From contig JBPGZF010000002.1 in the NCBI GenBank assembly GCA_052033095.1, positions 27,597 to 91,596 of the forward strand: a DNA stretch of 64,000 nt, written 5' to 3'. The position numbers were made by a program, and so were the translations under genes. The stretch is from Collinsella sp. GTDB lineage: Bacteria; Actinomycetota; Coriobacteriia; Coriobacteriales; Coriobacteriaceae. The notes under the pieces are model-generated. The model was not told where the DNA came from, ran no database searches, and worked only from the letters and a program-made list of their open reading frames with translations. Shown here piece by piece: positions 1 to 9,765 of the stretch (positions are counted from its first letter, which is position 1; the number at the start of each line of letters is the position of its first letter).

Positions 1-270
1 CCAGGGACGTACGTTTTCGTAGCGCGCGAGGATATTGCCGTCGCGATCGATGAAGGCGATGTCGATGGGATAGGCCATAAAACACGTATGGACCGAAGAG
101 CAGCGTGGAAATGCCATGACGAGCGGCAGACCGTTGACGGCAACCGGACACCGTCCCAGCATGCCACGCAGGCGCACGGCAAACGACTCCGCCACCGCAA
201 ACTCGGCCGGCGTCCAGCCCAGCCTATTGAGTGCCCGCGCGTAGGCGATGTAGGACGAGACCGCGGTCAC
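1..270 (-). CDS. DUF192-family protein (runs off window edge), end of tad operon
   Basis: Not in the ORF track. Manual translation from GTG at 270 (overlapping the upstream TGA): MTAVSSY...AESFAVRLRGMLGR...FPRCSSVHTCFMAYPIDIAFIDRDGNI...VRPW. The R-x-x-G-M/L, H-T-x-F-M-x-Y-P-I-D-I-x-F and PW motifs fit DUF192. Confidence 0.75.
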   Translation of the reverse strand, partial: MTAVSSYIAYARALNRLGWTPAEFAVAESFAVRLRGMLGRCPVAVNGLPLVMAFPRCSSVHTCFMAYPIDIAFIDRDGNILARYENVRPW

Positions 271-743
271 ATGACCACCCCCGGACGCCATGGATCGACC
301 GTCACCGCGCGCTCGTGTGACAACTTTGCCGGTGCCCCCAGCGAAACGCCGGCGACGCTGAGCAAGCTCGGCCACGGCTCATAGCGCATGGTGCAGGTAT
401 AGGTCCTAAACGTGCCGGAAAGCGAAAGCAAACCGCCATCCGATGTCGTCGCACCCTGTTCGCTCGAGACCTCGATCAGCAAGTCATAGCCTTCCATGGC
501 ATGTTGGATCTGAGCCTGAACGGTCGCGGAAGCATCGATGGAGCTGCCATCGCCCTCCCCGCTCGGCGCCACGGCATGTGCTAGCACGATATCGGGCACC
601 ACGCGATCGAAGCGTGCGACCGCACCGGCAAAGACCATGACGTTGTACACGATAAGCGCCAGAACCAGCAGGACGGGCGTGACCACGGCCATCTCGACCG
701 TCGCCTGGGCGTGCTCCTCGCACAGGCGCGTGCGGATGCCCAT
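267..743 (-). CDS. TadE-like pseudopilin
   Basis: EEHAQATVEMAVV prepilin-like motif followed by a hydrophobic helix. ATG at 743 is coupled to the upstream TAA. Confidence 0.75.
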   Translation of the reverse strand: MGIRTRLCEEHAQATVEMAVVTPVLLVLALIVYNVMVFAGAVARFDRVVPDIVLAHAVAPSGEGDGSSIDASATVQAQIQHAMEGYDLLIEVSSEQGATTSDGGLLSLSGTFRTYTCTMRYEPWPSLLSVAGVSLGAPAKLSHERAVTVDPWRPGVVM

Positions 744-2908
744 TACGACCCACCGCCCAGGGCACCCGCCAGTGTGGTGACATCGACGGTAAGTGGGATG
801 GAACCGCCGCCGGGCAGCGGAATCTCCGCAAGCGTGAACGTCGTGCCGCTGATGGTGCGCTCGACTTGATATTCCAACGCTTCGCAAAGCGCCTTGGGGT
901 CGGTCACGCCCAACGGAATACTTCGTAGCTCGTCCTGCGCATTAGAAAGAGCCGTGATGTCAGACCCCGGGCTCTTGATGACATTGGCGGTGTCGGTCAG
1001 CACCGGCTTTCGCAGGCGCAAGTCGCACGGCTCCAAGCCCAGCGCCGCCACGGACGCCGAAGCGGTATCGCCAAGCCACGACGCAATGGAGCCCAACGCG
1101 CCGTTGCCCCCTCCTAGGCCCTTAATCATCTCGTCCATAAGTTCGTCGGCCGAACCTTGGATGTCTCCGTATCCCACAAGCAGCCGCCCCCAAACATCCA
1201 TGACGCCATCGAGTACGCCGGCAACGCCACCCGAGCGTTCCTTCAATGTCGAGAAAAATCGCGAAAGCACGTTGTTTTGCGCCGTCGCCTCATCGGGCGC
1301 CAGCACCGCGGCAGAGATGGCACCGCGACCGCCAAGCCTGACTGCCGTGTTAAACGAAGAGTTGAGCTCATCGGGGCTCGAGATGGTACCCGAAACCGCA
1401 AAGGCAACCACGCCGTTGCGACCGGGCGGAGCGATACGCGGACGCTCGCCCGAAAGCGCTTTAATGGCCTGGTCAAACGCATTGCCTGCACGGTCGGCCT
1501 CGTCCTCGGTCTGACGCATGAGCTCAAGCTCTTTGTTCCGACATTTGACGTATTCCTCCAAGGCCTTTTTGAACTCGTCGAAGTGATATTCGAAGCCGTT
1601 TTCGATAGAGGTTGAAGGCGCCGCAACAGCACCAAGCGACAAAACGCCAAAATGGCATTTGCTGCATTTATCCTGTCCATCGTAATCGGCAACCGAAGCA
1701 AATCCGCTCGGCGTCCCCTTCTTATAGTTAGGGCAGGTCGTCCCGTAATGCAGATACGCCTTGTCATCGTTCACGCTCGTCGGCCACACCGCATCGGTAT
1801 AGAGTTCCGTCGCCCGAACCTCATCAGAGTTGCGCGGCAGCAGCGGAATATAGGAGGAAACCCTGTCTCCGTTCTCGGTTATATGTGCCCGATCGACCTC
1901 CGCGCTCGCATAGGTATAAAACGCCTTACGCGCCGCAGACTCTGCCTTCATCTCGACACTCGAGCCGTGGGGCTTCTCATTTGTCAGACGCCAATGGTAG
2001 TAGTCCTTCGCGCGATCAAGGGCAACTTGGGGCTCCCACGTAACGCTCGATGAGTAATGCGGATTTTGAACACCGGAGAGATCCGTTAGGCTTTTCGCAC
2101 GCTCCCACATGCAAGAACAGCTGCCGACCGAGCCCTTGTCAGACCCACCACAATCCGCCAGCCAAGCACGCTCTTTAGCCTTCGCCGTGTCCTCAGAAGC
2201 CTTCCGCAGCTCCTCGGCCGCACACTCTAAATCATCTGATGTGTCTTTAATGGTATCGGTCGAGATCTCGGAACCCTCGAGCGCAACAAAATCAGACTCG
2301 GATGTCCTGGGCACGGCAAGCGCCGTACCGGTATAGGTCACACTATCGGTATCCTGCGCCGACACCGCCTGCGTGGCACGCGCGGCGATCAGATACGGCA
2401 GAGCCGTCTCGATTTTCTGTAAGCCTTCCGATGCGCTTTTGGCAAACTTGTTGCGCGTTTTAATGATCTCAATCCCGGTGTCGACCATATTGCCGGCAAC
2501 CGGTTCGGCACCCGGGATGAGGATGGCGACCAGGCCCGTCCCGATCGTGGCAAACCCCGCCAGCCCCAGACTCAAGATGCTCGCATCAACCACCGTGGCA
2601 GCCGTGTGATAGGACGACACTACGTTGGCACCCGCCAGCGCGCCGCTATCGGCCGCCACCTGGGTATCCCCGGCACGCGACATGCTCCATATCGCCGCCG
2701 TCGACGAAAACAGCAGCGTGAGCACCACCAAGATGACCACCGCAGAGGAGAGCGTGGTATAGGCACCGTCTTCGATAAACAGGTCGATACCGGCTCGACC
2801 CATAAAGCCGCCTCGTTTGCGGGGAGCGCCTGGTCGACGGCGGGCCGCAAACCCTTGCGTCACCCGCAACAGGCAGCGCCTAATCCCATGCAGCAATCCA
2901 CGAATCAT
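743..2908 (-). CDS. Large TadG-like pilus-associated protein with Cys/His motifs
   Basis: N-terminal TM then TQVAADSGALAGA (Tad/TadG N-terminal signature). GGAGGGAG lies before ATG 2908; ATG 2803 is an alternative start. Confidence 0.7.
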   Translation of the reverse strand: MIRGLLHGIRRCLLRVTQGFAARRRPGAPRKRGGFMGRAGIDLFIEDGAYTTLSSAVVILVVLTLLFSSTAAIWSMSRAGDTQVAADSGALAGANVVSSYHTAATVVDASILSLGLAGFATIGTGLVAILIPGAEPVAGNMVDTGIEIIKTRNKFAKSASEGLQKIETALPYLIAARATQAVSAQDTDSVTYTGTALAVPRTSESDFVALEGSEISTDTIKDTSDDLECAAEELRKASEDTAKAKERAWLADCGGSDKGSVGSCSCMWERAKSLTDLSGVQNPHYSSSVTWEPQVALDRAKDYYHWRLTNEKPHGSSVEMKAESAARKAFYTYASAEVDRAHITENGDRVSSYIPLLPRNSDEVRATELYTDAVWPTSVNDDKAYLHYGTTCPNYKKGTPSGFASVADYDGQDKCSKCHFGVLSLGAVAAPSTSIENGFEYHFDEFKKALEEYVKCRNKELELMRQTEDEADRAGNAFDQAIKALSGERPRIAPPGRNGVVAFAVSGTISSPDELNSSFNTAVRLGGRGAISAAVLAPDEATAQNNVLSRFFSTLKERSGGVAGVLDGVMDVWGRLLVGYGDIQGSADELMDEMIKGLGGGNGALGSIASWLGDTASASVAALGLEPCDLRLRKPVLTDTANVIKSPGSDITALSNAQDELRSIPLGVTDPKALCEALEYQVERTISGTTFTLAEIPLPGGGSIPLTVDVTTLAGALGGGS

Positions 2909-3416
2909 AATCTCCCTCCAGCCATTCGGGACGCGATTGATACGAGACATCGACTTTGAGCTCAACGTAGCCGCCCTCGGCGGTACCACCCATAGCCTGT
3001 GCAAACGCACCGATCACAGGCAACGGCTTGACCTCGCCGGAAACGGACACGGACGAGACGCCACCCGCACCGGCCCGGCCAAGCTCGATATCCCACGACA
3101 ACGGCCCGCCGGCATGAAAGATCGAAACGTTGGGCACTGCGGTAAGCCGGCGGCGGGTGAACTCCTTAAGATCATCGTCCTCCGCCGTCGTCGTGGTCAT
3201 GAGCCGCGCGGTCTCGGCGGCGGCAGACTCCATGACCGCGCGCGTATAGAGCAGGCACACCGGTTGCAGTGCGAGAAGGATGAGCGTCAGAAACGTCGGC
3301 AGCAAAAAAGCGGACTCGACCGTAGACTGCGCCCGGTCCTCACGCGCGATATCAATACAACGCGATGTCCTTAGCGCCCGCAGCGGCGTCGATAACCGGC
3401 ATCGAGGCAACGCCAT
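2880..3416 (-). CDS. tadE: TadE family pseudopilin (start uncertain)
   Basis: EDRAQSTVESAFLLP-TM-AVMESAAAETAR matches the TadE pattern. Confidence 0.75.
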   Translation of the reverse strand: MALPRCRLSTPLRALRTSRCIDIAREDRAQSTVESAFLLPTFLTLILLALQPVCLLYTRAVMESAAAETARLMTTTTAEDDDLKEFTRRRLTAVPNVSIFHAGGPLSWDIELGRAGAGGVSSVSVSGEVKPLPVIGAFAQAMGGTAEGGYVELKVDVSYQSRPEWLEGDYDSWIAAWD

Positions 3417-3570
3417 GGGATGCCGCCCGCTCAACCAGCGCCGCCAAGCGCCCATCGGTGCCAGCACGCCAAAGCCCCGCGATCGCCAGCACGATCGATA
3501 ACAGCGCCACCGTGACGATGGCGTATTCGACCGTTGCCTGGGCAGACTCCTCGCGCAGGACGTCATGCAT
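3352..3570 (-). CDS. Minor Flp-like pilin
   Basis: 72 aa, EESAQATVEYAIV plus a hydrophobic helix; GGAGG RBS. Confidence 0.75.
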   Translation of the reverse strand: MHDVLREESAQATVEYAIVTVALLSIVLAIAGLWRAGTDGRLAALVERAASHGVASMPVIDAAAGAKDIALY

Positions 3571-3571
3571 T

Positions 3572-4135
3572 TCACGACCCCTCCTTTGAGTTCGATGCCT
3601 GCGGGCTCAGGCGGATCACGCGCAGGCGGCACGAGGCATCGCCGGCATCCGCAGCAACCGTCACCATATCGACCCAGCCACGTCCATCGCGCACGATGGC
3701 GCCCCATACGTTGCCCTTAATATCGAGATAGCCGCTCAGGGCGAGCTGGGCCGTTGGCACCTCGCGGTAGGCGCGTAACATATCCGCCGCTGCCTCGGTC
3801 ATCGGTCGGTCCTCGGACCATGCAAGCCGGACCGCAATCGCGTTGCCCTCAGGCGAATCCGTCGCAGTGGCAGACCGCTTGTCGAGCGTCCGCAGAAAGG
3901 TTTGCGCCGTGACAGCGACATCCGAATCGTCCGCATCTCGCGTCTCATCTTTTTGAGACGCCACCGCCGAATCTGAGCCCGAATCGGAGGCGGCCCCAGG
4001 ACGCTGCTGCCGCGCGGCGTTAAGCCCCCAAAGCACCGCCGCTATCGCCACGACCAGGCAAGCAAACACCAGCAGTACCCCGATGGGGCGCTCGCCCTCT
4101 ACAGGCTGTTGATGCCCTCGCTGATAGCGTTCCAT
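3572..4135 (-). CDS. Membrane-anchored hypothetical protein in tad operon (start uncertain)
   Basis: Single N-terminal TM; fills the gap between pilin genes on the operon strand. Confidence 0.6.
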   Translation of the reverse strand: MERYQRGHQQPVEGERPIGVLLVFACLVVAIAAVLWGLNAARQQRPGAASDSGSDSAVASQKDETRDADDSDVAVTAQTFLRTLDKRSATATDSPEGNAIAVRLAWSEDRPMTEAAADMLRAYREVPTAQLALSGYLDIKGNVWGAIVRDGRGWVDMVTVAADAGDASCRLRVIRLSPQASNSKEGS

Positions 4136-4332
4136 AGATCTTGGACCTTGCCCTTAAATGCGACGATGGCGATAATCGCGATCACCACGAGCACGCCGAC
4201 CAAGATGGCATACTCGGTGGTACCCTGTGCGCTCTCCTCCTGCAATAGCTCCTTGGCGCACTGACGAACATGTGCCGCCCGGCAAAACGCCCAGCCCTGG
4301 ACCTTGCCAGCAGCGTCAGTCATCGTGTTCAT
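4099..4332 (-). CDS. flp: Flp/Fap major pilin
   Basis: EESAQGTTEYAILVGVLVVIAIIAI...LWNAI, a typical Flp motif with E+5/Y+6; GGAGG RBS. Confidence 0.85.
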   Translation of the reverse strand: MNTMTDAAGKVQGWAFCRAAHVRQCAKELLQEESAQGTTEYAILVGVLVVIAIIAIVAFKGKVQDLWNAISEGINSL

Positions 4333-4342
4333 GTATTCCTCC

Positions 4343-4984
4343 CTACATCATCCCGCCTGCTCCCAGCAGCGGGCCCAATATGGACAGAAGCAACGCCGGC
4401 AAGATGAGCGTGCCGGTGGGAATCAGCAGCTTGACGGGCGCACGCTCGATCTCGCGCTCGACCGCGGCGCGATGAGCCGCACGGATCTCGCGACTTTGAG
4501 CGGCCAGCGTCTCGGCAAGTGGGGCACCCAGGGCGAGCGCCTGCCCCACCGTGATGGCAAAGGTCTCGAGCGCTCGCACGTCCAAGTCGCGCGCGGCGGC
4601 CAACAACTCGTCCTCACGCGTGCCCACGCCCACCTGCCACGCCATGCAGGCTCGCTCAAGGCGAAGAGCCAGCACTGACCGGCGGTTGGCGCAGAAAATC
4701 TCAAGCGCCGCATCAAACGAAAGACCGGCCGAAAGACCCAAGCGAACAACATCGATCATCTCGGACACTTCGCCGAGCGACACTCGCGCCGGGCCACCCG
4801 CTCCAACCGCGCCCTTCGCTCGCGCGATCAGAGCATCGACCACCGAGCGACCTGCGGCAGCGACCAGCACCGCCTCGCGCTTGCAGGCCCCTGTGATCCT
4901 GCGTGCATCCGCCCGATCCAAACCCGTCGCGGCAAATACGCTCAGGGCGCACAGGCAAGCCGCAACTGCAACCGGGGCGCTCAT
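4343..4984 (-). CDS. tadC: TadC / T2SS F-family membrane protein
   Basis: GLSFDAAL...GAPLAETL...APVKLLIP...ILPALLL; ATG overlaps the tadB stop. Confidence 0.85.
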   Translation of the reverse strand: MSAPVAVAACLCALSVFAATGLDRADARRITGACKREAVLVAAAGRSVVDALIARAKGAVGAGGPARVSLGEVSEMIDVVRLGLSAGLSFDAALEIFCANRRSVLALRLERACMAWQVGVGTREDELLAAARDLDVRALETFAITVGQALALGAPLAETLAAQSREIRAAHRAAVEREIERAPVKLLIPTGTLILPALLLSILGPLLGAGGMM

Positions 4985-5907
4985 AGCTCCACCCGCATAA
5001 TGCGCTGGATAACCACCAGGGCAACGGCGTTGAGGGCAAGACCCAGCACCACAGCGCCCGCGCCGGCAGGCGTCGCAAGACCGCGACGAAAATCTGCCGA
5101 AAGCAGCGCCAACACCGCGCACATGCCCGCCGGCATCGCCGCGACCATGTGTGCCGACATACGCGCCTGTGACGTCTTAACATCCAGGCGGCGTTTGAGC
5201 TCAATGCGCCCCCCTACCATGCTCGACGCCTCGGACAGTAAGTCGGCAAGCGGAGCTCCGGTGCGCTGAGACACCTTAAGCGCCAAGGTCACAAGCGAAA
5301 GACCGGGGGCGTCGATGCGCACGAGCAAGTCATCGAGCGCGTCGGTCGCCGAGATGCCGCAATCGATCGCCGCCGCCACCCGCAAAAACTCGGTATGCAC
5401 TGGCTCTTGCGCATGAGCGCCCACAAAGCGCATGCCCTGGGCCAGCGAATGTCCCGAGGCAAGCGACATGGAAAGTGCGGTAAACGCCTCGGGCATTGCC
5501 TCTTCTGCATCGCGTTGCTCGCGCCGGCTCTCAAAGCCATCCCGAGCGGCGCCAACGGCAAACGGAACAACAAGTCCCAAGGCAAATCCGAGGGGTGATA
5601 ACGACACCATCGTTAGTAAAACGCAGCAGACACCGCTCGATAGCAGCAGAAACGCCAAACGCCCCGAAGCATCTTCGATCACGAGGCCAAGGCGATGCGC
5701 CGGAGCCAGCGATGCCCACGAACGGGCGATCTTTTTCAGCAGATCGTTTTCCACCAGCTCACGCGGCAGTTTCTCTGCCACCGTCTCGAGCGCCTGACGT
5801 GCCAGCTCCGCCGGCGGTACCTGCGGCACACGAGGTTCCGCCCCGCACGCCGTCGCGACAGAAAGCCCTGCCAAGCCCCCTACGACGAGGGGCACAGTGA
5901 TCTCCAT
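4981..5907 (-). CDS. tadB: TadB / T2SS F-family membrane protein
   Basis: MPEAF..LSMSLASGHSL...QRTGAPLADLL...TSQARMSA. Confidence 0.85.
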   Translation of the reverse strand: MEITVPLVVGGLAGLSVATACGAEPRVPQVPPAELARQALETVAEKLPRELVENDLLKKIARSWASLAPAHRLGLVIEDASGRLAFLLLSSGVCCVLLTMVSLSPLGFALGLVVPFAVGAARDGFESRREQRDAEEAMPEAFTALSMSLASGHSLAQGMRFVGAHAQEPVHTEFLRVAAAIDCGISATDALDDLLVRIDAPGLSLVTLALKVSQRTGAPLADLLSEASSMVGGRIELKRRLDVKTSQARMSAHMVAAMPAGMCAVLALLSADFRRGLATPAGAGAVVLGLALNAVALVVIQRIMRVEL

Positions 5908-7208
5908 TCGTCCACCTCCTCTTGTGTGAGCGTCCCCGACCGCAGGCCTTCTGCGATAAACGGCGGCTCGCGGTCAAGCGTCCAGGTGCGCTCGGCGGCA
6001 TCGAACGTCACATAGCGCTCGAGCTCTACGCCGCCCGATGCGGCGCGTCGCACCCCCGAATACGAGGAGACGAAGCGTCTGCCATCGGCGTGGCGCTCGG
6101 ACATCACGATACCGTCGAGTGCCATGGCAATCTGCTCCTCGATAAGCTCACTCGGCAGATCGATCCCATAACGTGCAAGCAACGTCAAACGCACCACGGT
6201 CTCCTGTTCTGAACCCGCATGAAGTGTGGTGAGCGATCCGTCGTGGCCCGTGTTCATGGCCTGCAACATGTCGCAGCACTCGGCACCGCGCACCTCGCCC
6301 ACCACGATGCGGTCGGGGCGCATGCGCAGGGCATTAGTTACCAGGTCGCGGATCGTCACCGCGCCCTCACCCTCAATTGAAGCCTCGCGCGCCTCTAGGC
6401 GCACCACGTGCGGATGATGCGCAAACTTGAGCTCGGCAGAGTCCTCGATCGTCACGATGCGCTCGCCGGTGGAAATCTCACATGACAACGCGTTGAGCAG
6501 GGTGGTCTTACCAGATCCCGTGCCTCCCGCAACCGCCAGGTCCTGTCGCAGCGACACCGCGCACGACAGCAGCTGCGCATACCAAAGCGGCAGCGACCCC
6601 AACCCCACGAGCTCGTCCAGCGAGCAGATACGGTCCGAGAACTTTCGGATGGTGAGAATCGGTCCGTCAATCGCCACAGGCGGAATCACCGCGTTGACGC
6701 GATAACCCGTTTTGAGGCGGGCGTTGACGATGGGGCTGCGCTCGTCGATACGGCGGCCAAGTGGCGAGATGATGCGGTCGATAAGCACACGGATCTGTTC
6801 ATCATCCTCAAACGCATGCTCGATGGGGTACAAGACGCCGCCGCGTTCAAAGAAAGCCGAGCGGCAGCCGTTGATCATGATCTCGGTAACGGTGTCGTCC
6901 TCGATGAGCGGCTGCAACGGCCCCAAGCCCACCACGTCATCCAAAATCTCGTCGATGATAGTCTCGCGCTCGGGCGTCGCGAGATCGGTCGGCTCCTCAA
7001 CATTGAGCGCCGCCTCCACCGCAGGACGCAATTCCGAGCGGGCAAGTGCCGGGTCGATATAGGCGCTGATACGCGCCACTTCGTCGTAACCCATGCGGTC
7101 CATCACGGCGCGCTTGGTGCGTCGTTTCACGGCGCGGCGACGCCCCGCATCTACAGGCGCTGCCGCCGCCGCAGCGCCGGCAGCCTTAATCCTCGTTTGC
7201 AGGCTCAT
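5880..7208 (-). CDS. tadA: TadA/CpaF pilus assembly ATPase
   Basis: Walker [47 protein letters not shown]. Confidence 0.95.
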   Translation of the reverse strand: MSLQTRIKAAGAAAAAAPVDAGRRRAVKRRTKRAVMDRMGYDEVARISAYIDPALARSELRPAVEAALNVEEPTDLATPERETIIDEILDDVVGLGPLQPLIEDDTVTEIMINGCRSAFFERGGVLYPIEHAFEDDEQIRVLIDRIISPLGRRIDERSPIVNARLKTGYRVNAVIPPVAIDGPILTIRKFSDRICSLDELVGLGSLPLWYAQLLSCAVSLRQDLAVAGGTGSGKTTLLNALSCEISTGERIVTIEDSAELKFAHHPHVVRLEAREASIEGEGAVTIRDLVTNALRMRPDRIVVGEVRGAECCDMLQAMNTGHDGSLTTLHAGSEQETVVRLTLLARYGIDLPSELIEEQIAMALDGIVMSERHADGRRFVSSYSGVRRAASGGVELERYVTFDAAERTWTLDREPPFIAEGLRSGTLTQEEVDEWRSLCPSS

Positions 7209-8857
7209 CGCTGATCACCCTCGCGCGACCAGGGAAGGCGGATACGCGGGCGTTCGGTGCGCGTTGCACGGTCGGCGACCATATCGCTCCAAGGGCCGAC
7301 GGCGCACCCCAGTTCCACGAGCATCTCGCGCGTGGCCTCGCGCACGCTAGTCGCAAAAGCGCTGGTCTGCCCCACTGCCTCGTCAGCGCGCCCAAACGCC
7401 ATGAGCGCGGCGAGATCCTGCCCGCCATCGGCGATACGAATCTTGGAGCTCAACGCACAGGCAATCTCAAAGCGCATGGCGACGTCCTCGTCTGCCCCGC
7501 GCGCACCGAACCGGTTGAACACGGCGCTCATGCGCGTGCGCGGCACACCTACTCGACTTGCCAGTTCAATGACGCGCGACGCCGATGTCGCGGACGACAC
7601 CGCCGCATCGCCAACGACCAGGCAACGGTCGCTCGCCGCCACCGCAGCCGCCACGGCGTCGCCCCAAAAGACCGAGGTATCGATAAAGACCACGTCGGAT
7701 TCGCGACGCAGGACATCAAGCAGTAGCTCCACCGGACGTGCCATGAGCTCGGCTTGCTCGGGCGCCGCGACGGGACCCCAGAGCGTAACGCCCGGCGCCA
7801 CGCGCATCGAAGCGGATACGATATCCGGCTCGGTGAGCGTGCCCGCCGCCGACGGCTCGATAAGTGCCGCCATATCGCGCGGAGCATCGACGCCTAACAA
7901 GTCGTAAAGGTTTCCAAACATCAGGTCCAGGTCGAGCACGGCGGCACGCAAGCCCAACAGCGACGATGTGTGTGCCATGGTGGCAACGATCGTCGACTTG
8001 CCGCAACCGCCCGAACCCGAAATAGCGCAGATGACTGGAGCTCGATGCGGCGGAGCGGCAGCGTCTGCCGGCGGCATCGGAGGCGGCGGGGCGGCCGTCG
8101 GTGACAGCGTCCCCGTCTCCCCCGCCGCAACCACGTGCTGCGTCCAAGCCGGCATGGCTGCTTGTTCGGTCTGCGAGGCAGGCTCGTTCTGCGCAATCTG
8201 CTCATGCTGCATCAGCGACAACTCGCCGCACCCGGCAAGGCCCTCAACTTCGTCGAGTTCATCCGCCAGATTCACGCCGTGCACGTATCCCATATCTACT
8301 GCCGGGGAGTCGCCAGCATGCTGCGCCGGCCCTCCAGCGTCATCGTATACAAGGGGGTTCCGGGGGCGCCGACCATGCTCGGCTTCCGCTTTTCCATAAT
8401 CATCAACACGCGGGCCTCTTGTAGCGCGAGGCGCCCCGGGTTCCCTATCAACAAAAGCATCGGGCTCAATCGTCATGCTCCGATCGGAATCAACCGCTCC
8501 CTCGCCCGCGCGCCCGTTGCCGCATATACTGTGTGCAGCGATGACCTCGGTCGCCCCCGCGCGAAACAGCCCCTCGATATCCGACGGATCGAGCGCTTCT
8601 ATCAACACGACCACGCGACTCACGCGGCCTTCGGCCGTCAGGCGCGCAACAGTCTTGCGCACATCTTCGGTATCAAACAGAGACGCCGCGATGATGGCAG
8701 CCCCGCGGCGCGACGGAAACGCCCGCGCCATGGAAACCAGCCCGTCCAGGTCACCCACGCGAAGCACCTGTGCACCCACATCACGGCCCTCGACTTCCCG
8801 CTGCAACAGCCCGTAATCGCCGCACGCGCAGCACGCAAGCCAGATCGCCTTCATCAC
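7205..8857 (-). CDS. cpaE: CpaE/TadZ-like MinD/ParA ATPase with degenerate receiver domain and long acidic/Pro linker
   Basis: SGSGGCGKST, LDLDLMFG; N-terminal receiver-like FRAGATEVI. Confidence 0.8.
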   Translation of the reverse strand: MMKAIWLACCACGDYGLLQREVEGRDVGAQVLRVGDLDGLVSMARAFPSRRGAAIIAASLFDTEDVRKTVARLTAEGRVSRVVVLIEALDPSDIEGLFRAGATEVIAAHSICGNGRAGEGAVDSDRSMTIEPDAFVDREPGAPRATRGPRVDDYGKAEAEHGRRPRNPLVYDDAGGPAQHAGDSPAVDMGYVHGVNLADELDEVEGLAGCGELSLMQHEQIAQNEPASQTEQAAMPAWTQHVVAAGETGTLSPTAAPPPPMPPADAAAPPHRAPVICAISGSGGCGKSTIVATMAHTSSLLGLRAAVLDLDLMFGNLYDLLGVDAPRDMAALIEPSAAGTLTEPDIVSASMRVAPGVTLWGPVAAPEQAELMARPVELLLDVLRRESDVVFIDTSVFWGDAVAAAVAASDRCLVVGDAAVSSATSASRVIELASRVGVPRTRMSAVFNRFGARGADEDVAMRFEIACALSSKIRIADGGQDLAALMAFGRADEAVGQTSAFATSVREATREMLVELGCAVGPWSDMVADRATRTERPRIRLPWSREGDQR

Positions 8858-9528
8858 TCGTCGCCTCCGCTCTTTTTGCCGCGCGCCGTGGCGGGAATCG
8901 TCAAGCTGACCGTTCCCTTGCCCGAGGCTCCCAGCAGTTCCTTGACGTCTTCGGGGTCAGCCGCCAGCGTCACCCATTCGATCTTGCCCTCGCGCGTGGC
9001 ACCGGAATCCTCACTGGTATCGATCACGTGCGCGCCGCACAGCCGATCGGTCACGCCGTCCTTTTGCACGTACACGTCCACGTAGCTGCCCACGCCCGTG
9101 GCACCGCCGACCGAGTGCTCGGCATCGACCGCCACCGAAACGGCGACCTTGCCCTTAGGCACCTCGAGCTTGCGGCTCTCGGCCTTGGTGTAGACATTGC
9201 AGATCACGGCGTTTTTGGGAATACGCGAAGTCGTCACGTCGCCGCGCACCTGGCGCAGCTCGGTCGCTGCGTCACGCGGCAGCAGGCTCGTCAGCCATTC
9301 CTGGGTTATGACATTGGTCTCATCGAGGGTCTCGCCCACATCGATATCGCGCGCCGCGACGCAAACCTCGACGCGATCGCCACCGTACTTGGCCAAGGTC
9401 TCAGCCTGGACCTGTTCGGCTTGCGAGCGGATCGACGAGCCGTAAGCCATGCAGAGCAGAGCAGCGAGCACGCCCGCGACCAGACTGATGGCGATGCGCT
9501 TGCTCTTGTTCACGGCCGCTCCTCTCAT
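8854..9528 (-). CDS. cpaB: CpaB/RcpC SAF-domain protein
   Basis: TM, then VCVAARDIDVGETL (SAF) and VGG..GVGSYVDV (RcpC). The GTG at about 9513 is an alternative start. Confidence 0.85.
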   Translation of the reverse strand: MRGAAVNKSKRIAISLVAGVLAALLCMAYGSSIRSQAEQVQAETLAKYGGDRVEVCVAARDIDVGETLDETNVITQEWLTSLLPRDAATELRQVRGDVTTSRIPKNAVICNVYTKAESRKLEVPKGKVAVSVAVDAEHSVGGATGVGSYVDVYVQKDGVTDRLCGAHVIDTSEDSGATREGKIEWVTLAADPEDVKELLGASGKGTVSLTIPATARGKKSGGDE

Positions 9529-9712
9529 GGCAGTGCCGGGCGAATGCCCGTACCACCATTGTCTGAGCGGTCAGAGTGCAAAGCGGCGCAATCGCGATCT
9601 TGGTTTTCGATGTCAAACCAATCGATGACCAAAAGCTGACCAGCCCGTCAAGCTCGTGGCAAGGTTTTGGTCAGCACGTCAGCAAACTGCATGTTTCGAG
9701 GCTTTTCCGCAG

Positions 9713-9749
9713 CAAAAAAGCCGTCTCCCGAACAGTTGGGAGACGGCTG
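9713..9749 (-). terminator. Intrinsic terminator of rsgA
   Basis: gccgtctccc/gggagacggc stem followed by a T-run on the minus strand. Confidence 0.75.
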
Positions 9750-9765
9750 TCATAGGAAAAATCAA

